Of a DNA stretch of 64,000 nt, positions 63,668 to 64,000 are shown piece by piece. The position numbers and the translations under genes are program-made. Positions within the stretch are counted from its first letter, which is position 1. Each line of letters starts with the position of its first letter. The notes below the pieces were generated by a model, which saw only the letters and a list, made by a program, of their open reading frames with translations, searched no databases and was not told the origin of the DNA. This DNA comes from a virus (lineage: Duplodnaviria; Caudoviricetes): the IMG/VR virus record IMGVR_UViG_3300031993_000007. The stretch is one strand, 5' to 3'.

Positions 63668-64000
63668 GAGCAGCTTTCCTTTTCAAATGCTCTGCTATGA
63701 TGTCCTTGTGGTGAAATGCCATCTTAGGCAAGTCCCAAATCGGCCACAGCTTTGCTTCAGCAGCATCATCGTCACCTCCGATCTTATCTTCTTGATCACG
63801 AGGAATTCTGACAGAGAATGCCACATCCACAACACGAAGCCTTGGATCAAACACATGAGCATAGGTTTTAAGCTGTACAAAGTCTTCAGGAGGAAGATCC
63901 ACATGAGTTTCTTCCTTGAGTTCTCTAGCAGCCGTATAGTTGATGTCTTTATCCGTAAGATCAAAGAATCCACCCGGCAAGGCCCAATAGTTCTTGAACG
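63648..64000 (-). CDS. Nudix hydrolase (ADP-ribose pyrophosphatase / NrtR-like), 5' end beyond window
   Basis: FKNYWALPGGF...AARELKEET, DPR, DDAAEA.., MAFHH..II. Confidence 0.88.
   Translation of the reverse strand, partial: FKNYWALPGGFFDLTDKDINYTAARELKEETHVDLPPEDFVQLKTYAHVFDPRLRVVDVAFSVRIPRDQEDKIGGDDDAAEAKLWPIWDLPKMAFHHKDIIAEHLKRKAAHDRQAN

Overview
This window is a 64 kb slice of a jumbo myophage genome of the phiKZ/AR9 type, which encode their own split multisubunit RNA polymerases. It uses the standard genetic code, has strong Shine-Dalgarno sites, and most genes lie on the minus strand. The left part (1-24 kb) is core: baseplate spike, Dda/RecD2-like helicase, tail tube, an unusually long (1435 aa) tail sheath, a stand-alone RNAP beta-prime C-terminal piece, large terminase, major capsid protein, HU, an RNAP beta N-terminal piece and a probable sigma-like (gp68/gp226-type) subunit. 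The right part (26-64 kb) is an accessory early region of about 85 small genes, bounded by a vWA protein and LemA on the left and an NAD-salvage cluster (Nudix, PncA, NadE) on the right. Main observations: (1) about 15 copies of a terminator + TATATTA promoter + leader + SD cassette cut the accessory region into modules, and some cassettes are near-identical over 22-45 bp; (2) a second motif, AACW-N4-AW-TR, precedes almost every structural gene; (3) an unrecognised all-alpha family of at least 20 paralogs with a 'DP-turn' signature, 13 of them in one tandem, translationally coupled array; (4) at least five accessory genes broken by a single lesion and invisible in the ORF track, including a Cys-rich/Fis-HTH regulator and a lipoprotein; (5) a deamidating NAD+ regeneration route; (6) an origin-like intergenic element at 22.5-22.7 kb. 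All family assignments come from motif recognition by eye; no searches were run.
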